This document shows, piece after piece, positions 1 through 11,540 of a stretch of DNA of 64,000 nucleotides. The position numbers and the translations under genes are program-made. The notes beneath the pieces were generated by a model. The model was not told where the DNA came from, made no database searches, and worked only from the letters and a program-made list of their open reading frames with translations. This stretch comes from Trichoplax adhaerens. Lineage: Eukaryota; Animalia; Placozoa. The stretch's first letter is position 1. The number at the start of each line of letters is the position of its first letter. The DNA lies in assembly GCF_000150275.1 (NCBI RefSeq), contig NW_002060968.1:653788-717787 (forward strand), given 5' to 3'.

Positions 1-3000
1 ACACTATTTTAGAGATCAACTTTTATCTAGAATTTATAATTATATCTAGGGCATGGAAGATTTAAGAATACTAAAGTAGATACTTTCTTAACGCCTACAT
101 ACATTTTATCAAACTGGAAATCGGAATTATCCTTAGTCCATTTCATAGAAGTTTTTATTTCTAACAAATGTCTCATTTAATTAAAGACATAGATGATTAA
201 ACACAACCTTTTGCATTTTAACTGTTAATATTATTATATATATATACATCGGTTGTATCTCATAAAACTGTTTAAGATATTAAATCTTCTATTATGATCT
301 AATCGAATGATCATAGGCTAGCCCTTTTCTCTGGAAAGAACGATTAATAGGCCACGATAAGATTTTTTCAATATAAATCTAATATGAACATCAGCAAATA
401 ATCATGTTTTTCTTGTATTTAATAAAATGTTGGTCAAAATTTGAAGACTAATCAATTCTTAACTTAAAAATCCTGAGATGATGAATGTCCAATATATTCT
501 TGCAGTAAATTTTAGTAATTAGCTTAACTACTGCGGTTAAGACTCCTAACAAATAATGAAACCAACTTTTTTTAGAAATCTAAGGATGAAATTACATAGT
601 TAATTTCGTACCTAAGAGATTAAAAATTTTACTCCGTTATTTATTAAAAGCTGTAGAATAACCAATTAAAATGGAAAACTATAGTGATATTACGAAGTAA
701 TTTATATCATTTATTTTTACTCAGTTTTAATTGCTTATGGTATCTACGATGATTATAAATATAAATAGTAATTACAGTCACGGTCCTTAGGATTACGGTA
801 GAAGTAATATTAATGATCAAGTCTTATACTTGCGGTTAATCTTGAGTTAAATATATTTTCTAACGTAATATTATAGCTCTATTACTTAAACGAAATATGA
901 TATTTCTGTAATTTGCTTAAATCAGCTTGACAATAACTAAAGTAATTACCAATCAGCAGAAGAAATGACACTATTAGTAGTTTTGAACGTTCCATTTTGA
1001 CAATATTGGAAAGGGTCGATCTTAATCTTCATCATACTACCGTTACTATACTTTTCCGACGGAAATATTATACTGGAAATGTTATTGCAAGACTTTCTTG
1101 TATTGTATCTAATACTACAGTTGATTGATCTATGCTGATTTATCCTATATCTAAAACCGCAGCTTAAATTATAGCTAGCAAGTATTGGATATACTGGAAA
1201 ATAATAGCTTATTTAATGCAAGTGCTAAGAATAAACAGTTATAATCATGCATTTTATGTTATCAATTCACAATCACTTTACGTATACAAAATTATAGTTT
1301 GCTTGTATGCTGGTGATAGAAACGAAGGTTAAGCAATATAACTGTAGCCATCGGATGAGAATGTTAACTCAATTTATCTTTTTATCGTTTGCACTATTTT
1401 GTACTAAAACGCTAGCAGGTATAAATTGTATCAATTAGTATGTTGTAATTATTTGAAATCAATATTGATATTTAGGGGATACCAATTATGATATTATTGA
1501 ATAGTTCATGAAGCTTTAAAAGTAGATACTGCTACAGTAAAATTGATCTTACTAACGTTGTTCAACCTTCAAATCACACAAAGAAATAATAGCAAAGAAT
1601 TCTACTACTAAATGTCAATCAATTTGAAATTCTACTAGACAATATGGCAAGCTCTGTTAAAAAGCCCTTTCGTAGGCGACAAAAATAAAAGATTTTTGGT
1701 CTAAAAGAAGCAGAAGATACTATATAGAATATAAACAGTGGAAAAAGATTGTCATATTTACAGTACTTAAATCTATAGAACTAAAAATGCGAACAAATTT
1801 TTATAATTTTTATTTTCTTTTGCGAAGATTATCTCAACGCAAATGAGCTATTAAATACATCAACGATCTATTTCTTTCATTATTAAATATTATAGAATTA
1901 TTAGTATTCAATTTACAAGCACATGCCTAATTTTTTTCTGCAGTATATCTTGACATCAGTAATATTTCTAATAGCTTCACTACAAATGAAAGCAAAGAAT
2001 CTAATATAATACAAGATAGCTTCAGAACATTTATAAAGCGGAAGCTAATGCCAATATAACATAGCCATTCATAAAACTTCGTTGTATAAATTTAATTTCA
2101 TGTTTATTGAAAGATATCACTGCTGCTTTGATCCCATAGATTGCGTCTATTTATTGTATAGCATACGCGACCAAAATTAATTCATCTTAAAAGACATAGA
2201 TACGGAGAATGATTATATGCACATACTTATATAATTATCTGTCCAATCGCTACATTATTTGCATAGTCCAGTTAGCAAATGAACAAACAAATAAATTTTG
2301 AAATTTCAAATTTGTATTTGATATAGGACCAACTGATCACATTTAAAAACTCCTGATCTAACACCCATATTTGAAAAGGAATAATTTACACACTCCTCTC
2401 AAATTATGTAGCTAGCTCGCTACCCAGGATTACAATCTTATTTTGTCAGCTTTCGATTGTACCCATAATTTGCAATTAAACCTGAAGCATAACCTGCATA
2501 CTTGTATAAGCAACGTAGAAACGGCATACATGTGATACACATTCAATCTATAGAATTATTATTTTGAAGATAGTACCTTAAACTAAATTAGGAGGTAAAA
2601 ATGCTCAAGTTAAAGTTGAAAATTTGTCGACACTAATCAAAGGAGACATTAAAAAAACAATAATTTATTCTAATAAACACTTTATTGATTACAAGTGCAA
2701 CTAATTACCAGTTTAAAGAGTACGTAGTAATAAGTCAAATTGAGAAGGGCTATCGTTCATTTAGATTTTATCGAATGACAATACTGACATTGAGAATGCA
2801 AGATATGATTACTTAGCATTGTATATTTTTAATATATAGTAGAAGCCTATTTCGATTTTCATTAGGTATTTAATAAACATCTTAAAGTAAATCGACATAT
2901 TCTAACATACAGTAGTTTTATGATCTAACATTGAAATTAGTTTATTGATAGCAGTAACTATTAGCTGTCAGTTCGAGAATATAAGTTTTAGGCGATTAAA

Positions 3001-3198
3001 TAAGATTCTATAAATCAATGCTTTAAATACTTCACGCATCATTTTATATATGGTTATAATATATTTAACAGCAACAGAAATTGGATTCGTAAAGCATAAA
3101 TGGAAATTAAAGTGTTCGACGATTGTTCCCTAAAAGATTTGTAATAGCGAAGCTTTTTTATAAGACGCAATCACTGTAGTTGCTTTAAATATAATTGA

Positions 3199-4251
3199 TT
3201 ATAACGATGGAATCTTGCAATTTTTTGTTGATTCACATTTTCTACTTTGATGTGTGACAGAATAATTCGATAAATGGACTTTGAAGTTCCTAAATACTGC
3301 TTTAATTTCCTTTTTAAAGCTTGCACTGGCGTAGCAATATAATATTGGATTAAATATGGTCGGTATTAGCACTAAAATAGTACTTGATTGGAAGAAAATC
3401 CAAAATATTGTCGGTAATTTAACAAGAATAGATTGATCATAAGCTTTTTGCAATGAAATCCAAATGTATAAGGCACCGGATGGAATTGAAGAAAAGGCTA
3501 CTAATAGTGTAACAATCAGTAAAATTGCAATACTCTTCGCTTTACTTTGCTCCGCTTTCTTGATCTTTAATTTATATTCTGACTCATCTACAGGAATATT
3601 TTTTCGGCATAAAATAACAATGATAATCAAATAGCTAACTCCGATAATTGATATTGGTATAACAAATACGATCACTCCAAACATTATCAATGTAATGGAA
3701 AACGATACACTACCCATTACACTAAAAGTTCCAGTGCAATCCATGAATCCAATTTCAACATATTCCAGAGAAATAATGAAACTCATAGCAGCAATAAGAG
3801 CAGTTATCCATATAAAAATGAAAATGAAGGACATTCGCTTTTGATTATAGCTTAATCTTAATGGATTGACAACTGCACGACATCTTTCTATACTAATAGC
3901 GGCCAATGTTGACATTGAATTACTGAAAACAGTTACTCCGATAAAAGTTATAACATTACATATACCATTAGTTAATGAAAGCGAAATATTGAAAGACTTT
4001 GATGATGATGAGGAAGTAATAGCAGGAAAAACAAATTTCAATACAATTACAACGGAATGAACCATGTCCGACAATGCTAAATTAGCAATAAGGCAATTTA
4101 ATGGTTGCTGAGATCTTTTCTTTTTAAAAATGACAACAAATATGAACGCGTTCGAAATGAATCCAATCACGCTAAAGAGTGTAACGCCGATGTAAGTATA
4201 AATATTGTAAAAATTATTTATGGTGCTATTTCGATAAGAAAAATTACCCAT
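3199..4251 (-). CDS. Intronless rhodopsin-like (class A) GPCR, 350 aa, orphan
   Basis: Seven hydrophobic segments; TM2 LIANLALSD, TM3 Cys and SIERCRAVVNPL (ERC for DRY), ECL2 DCTG, TM7 FNPILY, helix 8 FKKEIK; N-terminal N-glycosylation sequons (NFS, NST). Confidence 0.93.
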   Translation of the reverse strand: MGNFSYRNSTINNFYNIYTYIGVTLFSVIGFISNAFIFVVIFKKKRSQQPLNCLIANLALSDMVHSVVIVLKFVFPAITSSSSSKSFNISLSLTNGICNVITFIGVTVFSNSMSTLAAISIERCRAVVNPLRLSYNQKRMSFIFIFIWITALIAAMSFIISLEYVEIGFMDCTGTFSVMGSVSFSITLIMFGVIVFVIPISIIGVSYLIIIVILCRKNIPVDESEYKLKIKKAEQSKAKSIAILLIVTLLVAFSSIPSGALYIWISLQKAYDQSILVKLPTIFWIFFQSSTILVLIPTIFNPILYCYASASFKKEIKAVFRNFKVHLSNYSVTHQSRKCESTKNCKIPSL

Positions 4252-6454
4252 ATTGTATTTAATGAATTTCTACTAGAAAATTACGAATGCTTATCCTAAA
4301 ATTTTCAGATTTCTCTATTCTTGAATGCAACCTAAAATATGATTACATTACCCCTTAGCATCGAAAGTTTTGTTATACGAGTATGTCTATTTTTATAAAC
4401 GCATTTAACTTCTATTAAATAATTAAGAATTTAATTTAGCCTTATTGTACGATAGTACCGCTACTATATAATAATGTCAGCTGATCTCGTAATTGGTACA
4501 ACCTCTTTATGAATATGGCTTAGATGAATCCGCTTATTCATTTATAGTGCCACGTTAATATTAAGATTTCTTCAGTATTAACTAGTTAAATAATACTCTA
4601 GTTAGAAGTAGTATTGCTATGGGACAAGATAGTGTTTTGCAAATTCTAGCAAATTGACCAAATCGAATCGAAGTGAAGTAAGAAAGATCTTACATCATTA
4701 CTCGAATTTAAAAAATGTCGCTTTAAGCCAACAATTTTTTTAATTATTACTTCTTACGAGCATTTGAGAAATATGATGCAAAGAAAATATATGATCAACT
4801 ATTGAGCTAGCTGCTATTAGAGTCACACAAATGTATTTCATCTATTTAAGTATACTTCTCGTATTGCTAGACCCTAAATGCTTTCTAGCCAAGTAAATGC
4901 ATCAGTCACGATGGTTATCCTTCCTATAGAAACAGCTGTGTTTATTTAGATCGTAATAAAAAATTCTTTCCCATTTTATCTAGATTTCTTATTTACGACT
5001 CTGCAAGTTTGCTATATCATATGAAAAGTTCTGAATCAAATTATTGCTTACTTCTATTCAAATTTCTGACTGAAAATTAATGAAACCTATTAACTGAGAC
5101 AATTATATGATTTTATTCCATTCTTCTTAATTCAACTTATAACCATAAACTACCGGTGATAATTAGTGATGTAACTAATTAAGGAACGAATACGCCGTCT
5201 GCAAGAATTTTATTTTCTTCAGCTGAGTCTTAAAATTAGATTTGATTAAAAATAAAGGGCTTAAAATAATGGTCAAATAGTGTAAAGTACTATATTGAAA
5301 TATAATTATAGTATGCTAAGGCGTATATTGTCTATAGTAGTCAACAAAATTATGGTTACTACTAATTATCATGATGTGATATTGTGTAAATTTTACATTT
5401 ACATCTTTTCAATCGCTGTGATTAATTAATTGTTAGGGATGCATGATTTCAGCTTCTTTTCTTTTCGCTTTTTTTATTGCCAGGTTTTAGTCAAACAATA
5501 ATTAAAACACTAGATCGGAATAGTAAAAAATACTCACCCGTCGGGGAATATAACTTTGTTATAGTAATAATTGGCATGATTATTTGAAATCAAACGATAA
5601 AAATATTACTTTCATTAATCGGATTTCTTTAAGTAAACCAAATGCATTTGAGCAGTTATATAAATAAAACTGTGAAGGATAGAATTTTATTTCGAAAACT
5701 TACATAGTTAACAATTTTCTACTTAAAAAGATGTATAAATTTGGCCCATAATGATACTTGACTATCCATTCGTGAATTAATTTTTGTCTCTGCATTCTAT
5801 ACAGAATTTGTTTATTTGCCTTGAGAAAATAGAAACTATGCACTTAATGTTAAAATATGAGAACCATATTAAAGTAATTTCCTGCAGAAAGTTCGTTTTA
5901 GATGATATCCAACAAAGATTATTACAAATTATCATGATGAAGTATACGATAGCCGCTAAAGATCATATAAGAAATGATATATAACTATCCAGTTCTTGCA
6001 ACTTAATTCATGAAGAACGCCTCAAGATATACAGCAACATCGATAATTATAAATTTCCCAAAAATTCATTAATACACCATATTTCTAGAATCTTCCATGA
6101 TTAGTCGACAAGCTCTTATAAATCAAGTAGCTGTACTAAATATTGCTGATAAAATGTGTTAAGAAACATTCAAGACAGTAAATTTCCAATCATTTCAATT
6201 TATTTGTCAAGATTCATAAATGGAAAAATTTAAGATATTAGCTGGATCTTATATTATAAGTAAAAATTAATCTTATATAGCTAATGTTGTTGCAGTGATC
6301 GCAATATTAGCTATCAGGAATATTGCTAGGACATACTAAACTATAGATATAAGATCTTGAACTGGAAAATACTATGCTCCTTAGCTCATGTACAACTACA
6401 GGAATCGAAATTTTTGCCTTTGGCGATAAAAATAATAAGACAATCAAAGAGCCG

Positions 6455-7490
6455 TTAATGAGTAGATGATGTACTCTTCTTGTTCGATAACCGCATTTTT
6501 GGTCGATATGAAATGATACCCATGCTAGCTAATAACCTTCTGATTTCTTCCTTCAAAGCTGAACTTGCAAAATTGTACAGTATAGGATTGAAGACGCATG
6601 GTTGGATCATAATTAGTGAGGACATTTCAGAAAAAGCCCAAAATCCTGACGGATAGGATAAATAAAAGCGTGGGTCGATTACTTTACGATAAGCCATGAA
6701 TGCATATAGAATAATAAATGGGCCAGTAGATATAGTGGATAGGATAGTACTTGACAGTAAAGCAGTTATACTAAATTTTTTCTTTTGTATCATTTTCCTA
6801 ATTTTCCTTTTATAGGATAATTCATAAAGAGGGATTTTCCTCACGTAAAGTTTGGCAATAATCATGGTGTAACAGATAGCAATGACAAGCAGTGGAATAA
6901 CACAGCTGATGATAGCGAATATTATGGTGCAGATCGCACTGGTGAAACGAAAATCTTTGGAATATATTCCAGTGCAATCTATAATTTTATTTTCCTCAAA
7001 ATTGATTGCAAAAGCGATTAAAAACGATCCCCCAATTGAAATTGACCAAGAAGAAAGTAAAATAACAGTTGTTTTCCGCCTACCATAAGGCGACTTAAAA
7101 GGATGCTGTACTGTATGGCATCGTTCCATTCCAATAAAGGCCAGCGAAAGTAATGAATTGGATATTGATGTAGCAGCAAAAAAGTTCGTAATCCGACATA
7201 TAATATTCACCGATACCACCGTTGGGCCATGAAATGCATGAGGATAGGTTGAGATTGCGATAGGAATGGGTATATTTAAGACAAATGATCAAGCTATGGG
7301 CCATGTCGGATAGAGCAACATTGGCAATCAAGCGATTAAGAGGTTGCTGAAGAAACTGCTTGGTAAAAATTACCAAGCATACCGTAAGGTTAAATAAAAT
7401 ACCTAACGAGCAAAGAAAATATACGGCGATTGAATAAGGTAATTGATACCAAACATGTAAGGTGTAATTTGGATTACTTCCATTAAACAT
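6455..7490 (-). pseudogene. Rhodopsin-like GPCR, tandem paralogue of 3199-4251, split by a +1 frameshift (pseudogene or sequencing error)
   Basis: ORF 7095-7490 gives the N-terminus, TM1 and TM2 (QPLNRLIANVALSDM); ORF 6455-7219 gives TM3-TM7 (GMERC, DCTG, FNPILY). Removing one G from GGG at 7268-7270 yields a continuous 344-aa protein (LKYT-IPIAISTYPHAFHGPTVVSVNIICRIT) collinear with the neighbour. Confidence 0.88.
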
Positions 7491-8721
7491 GGCTTTAATT
7501 TTTATTTGATAGGTAAGTAAACTGAACTTTAGAATCGTATTGTGTAAAGAACTAAATACTGTAAATGTATTTCAGTACCATTTGGTTGGAGAATTATTGA
7601 ATTGCTTAGCATTAAATTTTATATAATGATCCTATCAAATGTCTGCTTTTAACTTAATCAAGCCCCTTCAATGTATTCATTGAGCAAGTTTCCAAGGCAA
7701 ATAATTTATTTGTGTGGACAGAAACAGATACTCGACTGCCGTCAAAAGATTTGTTTCCTTGATAGAAAATTGATAACATTAAATACATTATTTTATTATC
7801 AACGTTTGGAAGACAATTAATTCCAGTAATTTAATAAAGCCTTATGATATATGATAGAGTCATTTCAATAAAAGAATATATTGTATTCAATTTATAAAAT
7901 TAGGTAATAAAGTCCTTTGATACATTCATGAACTTTCTAGATCTTCTCATAATATCATTTTTTGTATTGTTACATAATATAAGATGTTCAGTTATTCTAT
8001 TTACAATAGCACCAATCAAGTAAAGATACAAGAATAATAATTGACAGCATTGAATACATGGTTCCAATAAAATTGGATGCTCATAACCAAAAAATGAAGA
8101 ATAGAATTAGAAATTTTAAGTATCTTTAAGAGAGAACTATAAGTATTGTCTATCTCAGCAATAAATTAGCCGCCTAACGTTTGGATGCGGTATTTCATAG
8201 AAAATGGTGTTCATAATTACAGTTAAATGAGTTTAAGGACATTTAAGTTTAAGGAATTCAATATTTGCGGTCCTGGTGGAGAATATCTATAGATGTTAAA
8301 GTAGGCTACTTAAGACAAATGCCATCAATTTACTTATTCAAAGAGGTTTTGCGTTAGCTAAGGGTAAATACGAAGTTTTGTTTGATGAAGAAAATCAAGT
8401 CGTCGATTTTAGCTAGTGCTATTTTATACATCATATAACGTATATACGTTTGCAAGTGTGCAGACGCGATAAAGTATTTTATACCTTCATAGCTGAAAAC
8501 ATTTTATAAATGTCTTGTTGTTACGGGGCCATGCTCCGAAATATTAACTGCTATGTTAATTAAAATATCTCACTTAAAATTATTGTTTGCTCCAGTAGCT
8601 TATTAGATATTAATGTTTATTAATAAGTACTTGTTATTGCCAAGGTATCAGAAAGTTCTATATTGTTGACAGTCGGAGCTAACATGCTTAGTCAGTAAAC
8701 GTTAATTAATAACACCTTAAG

Positions 8722-9275
8722 TGTAAGGTGCAATTACTTTGTAGAGCCTTGAAGCTCTAGTTGCTATACTAGGATATGTATACTGTACAGTGTAAGTCGC
8801 TATGTCAAGAATATTCACAAGTGCACCATCGGCGTTGGCCGAGACTATAAAAAGCGGAGCACTAGCTTAGCTGCTCAGTTCCAGTTAGTCACTGCAGGAT
8901 CTTTTGACTGTTATTGCTAAGAATTTTTTTTACGTTTTTCTTTAAAACATTTTACGGCAAGATTAACGACAATAAAGTGAAGTATTTAAACCTTTTACTC
9001 ATTAGTAATTTATTTGTGTAACTGAGAGTTAGTTACACCTGCGATAGGTCCATAAGTTATTTGGGTACACGAGAACTAGTGAAGATAGTGTTTAAGACCC
9101 TTTTTCTGGTTACAAAGGAGATTTGTAACTGCGGGTAGTTCAGCAAAGTAAGAGAGTCCTTTCTTGTTGGAGGCCCTCAGCTAATCAATTACGTTGTATC
9201 TTCGTAAACGAGGTTTTGTTTAATAAATCTAAAATTTTCTAAAGTATTGAAGATTCTTGATCTATCAACCTCACA
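8722..9275 (+). mobile_element. LTR-like relic, related to the solo LTR at 22963-23377; left end uncertain
   Basis: 9131-9275 aligns closely, in opposite orientation, with 22963-23106 and ends in CCTCACA. Candidate TGTAAG starts at 8722 and 8791, TATAAAA at 8846, AATAAA at 8971. No matching target-site duplication found. Confidence 0.6.
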
Positions 9276-9278
9276 ATG

Positions 9279-9972
9279 AATAAAAGGGTTTAATAACTAT
9301 GTTGCACATCCTGAAGCAATTAATATCATTCTCTGGTAAAGAATTTGAAGTATCGAGTCTCGAGATTTCGTAGTTAATATTATTTACATAAATGTGGGCA
9401 GCTTGTAAGCGAGCTTCGAATGAATTTATAAAGCAAAGTTTAAGGCTTAATAACTATGTTGCATATCCTCAGGCGATCACTATCATTCTCTATAAACTGC
9501 TGGTAACGTTTACACATATACAAACAATTCGTATACAAGTTTCCCATGAATTAAGAAAGTACTGTAATTGTTATCGAAGATTAATTAAGCTCTAACAAAG
9601 AAAGCGCGAGCAAGATTGGGCTGAATAAAAAGATTTAAGAACTTTATTGCATATCCAGAAACGATTGGTATCTTTCTCTAGTGAGCAGTTTGAAGCATTA
9701 AGTCTCTGGATTTCATAGCTCATAATATTTACATAAATACGGGCAGTTTGTTAGCGAATTTTGTGCAAATTAACAAAGTAAGGTTGAAGGTCTACTAAGT
9801 ACCGGCATGTTGCACATCCTGAAATAATCGCTGTTATTTTCTATAAATTGCCGGCAATACGAATCTATAAATATGTAAACAGTTGGTTAGCAAGTTTCGC
9901 ATGAATTAAGAAAGTAATTGCTAAGATGATTACTTAAGCTTTACCAAAGGAAACACGAGCATGATTTGGAAG
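9279..9972. repeat. Diverged tandem duplication (2 x ~345 bp), each copy with two related subunits
   Basis: Blocks ATTTACATAAAT.GGGCAG and CAAGTTTC.CATGAATTAAGAAAGTA each occur twice about 345 bp apart; the motif TTGCA(C/T)ATCC occurs four times (~9302, ~9459, ~9647, ~9810). Confidence 0.8.
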
Positions 9973-11540
9973 TAGTGATGACAAAGAAGTAGAATATACA
10001 ATTTAAATGGATGGTCTTTATTCCTCGGTCATCAAATCTAATACAGCAAGGGTTACGATAGGAAATACCACGTACTACAGATTATTCCTATCGAGAAAGA
10101 TGGCAGTAAATAAAAGGTTACAGTATTTATTGTGGCGGGCGGATCATAGTGAAGAAAAATCTAAGCTTAAAATTAATCGTAGCAAACATAAAACTTTGTA
10201 TGATAATGTATACTAAGAAATATGCATACACGAGTGCGATGGACAGCAAGTAATTAAGCCTATTCGGCTTATTTAATTCCATGTGAATAAACATTTAAAG
10301 TAGCTCCTTTGACTGTATAACGGTAAGTATCCAAATTTCTACTAGGCGTTGAAGAAGGTATCTTAAGCTATTTGTATTACGTCTCATTTTTGAAATATAA
10401 AGAATGATAAGTGGACCATAGGAGAAATTGTTCACTACTTAAAGTATTTTAACGTATTCTCTATGAAAAACCAATCTTGCTTGTCAATGGCTTCCTTAGA
10501 GAACCAAAGGCAATCTTATTATCTAACAGCTCCTGTTTCGTAACTTAAAACGTTCGGATACTTTAAACGAGTAGTCTCCATTGAAGTGTTGTTTTTAACT
10601 CATATCTTATACATCAATTGAAATTCATTTGCCCTTACGGCGTTTATTCCACAGTCATACCGTATGATTGAAATCATGAGTAGTGTAATATCAACGACCG
10701 ATCGTTAACCTGCAATTAAGCTTTCCTATTGCATATAAAGCTATCCGGTCTGTTTATTTGTCTTCGCTAATTACAAATTTTACAACATCAATGCAGTTAA
10801 TTGCCATTGATCCTGGCCATAGCAACAATACGCTGAATAGACATGGAACAAAGTGGAAAAAGGAGTAAAATAGCATCCATTTTATCATCTCACAATAGGC
10901 ACTACAAGGAGATAACTGCCAAGAAGCAACCGGTTGATTACAAAGAATTCATAGAATTCTTAAGGGAAATACACCATTAACATTATAATGATATTTTATC
11001 CATAATTTCATGTACGCCTTCTGAACTTGTGGTACAAATCTCTAGAGGCCATATTTAATAAAACTTTTCAATTATCCAATATGGACGTATTAAAAAAATG
11101 AAATCTGCCACGTATTTACTCTTCACAAACTAGTCAACTCTTCTGCTTTCGGCTATCCAATAGCCCAAAAGAATAGCCTAACATTGAATGCGTTATTTTT
11201 ATGGATTCAGGGATATCGTAATGGCATTCGATGGCTCTTTGGGTAATCCACAGGGAATAAAATCTTACACACCCTGGTCATAAGTTAGGCCGTTACAATT
11301 TAACGAATCAATAAGTTTTCAAATTATTCGAGAAGGATGGTAATGAAAACTTGGCGTTGAGAGTCAAAGTAGCAATTAAAACGCATATCGCTATAAACTC
11401 TTAGCCTGTTTTAAAGTTTTAAGCCTAGATGGTCAATCAATTTACAAGTTTGAAGTGTTTACGGATGTTAAAATTCCTTAAGATCGACAACAAAATCGCC
11501 ACCGTCGGTAGCCTTAAGCAATATCAAGACATTATTTAAT

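Noticed and set aside
10007-10216. BEL/Pao reverse transcriptase remnant (RLQYLLWR resembles QRFLWR)
   Set aside because: Only one short motif, with no flanking RT motifs recognised.
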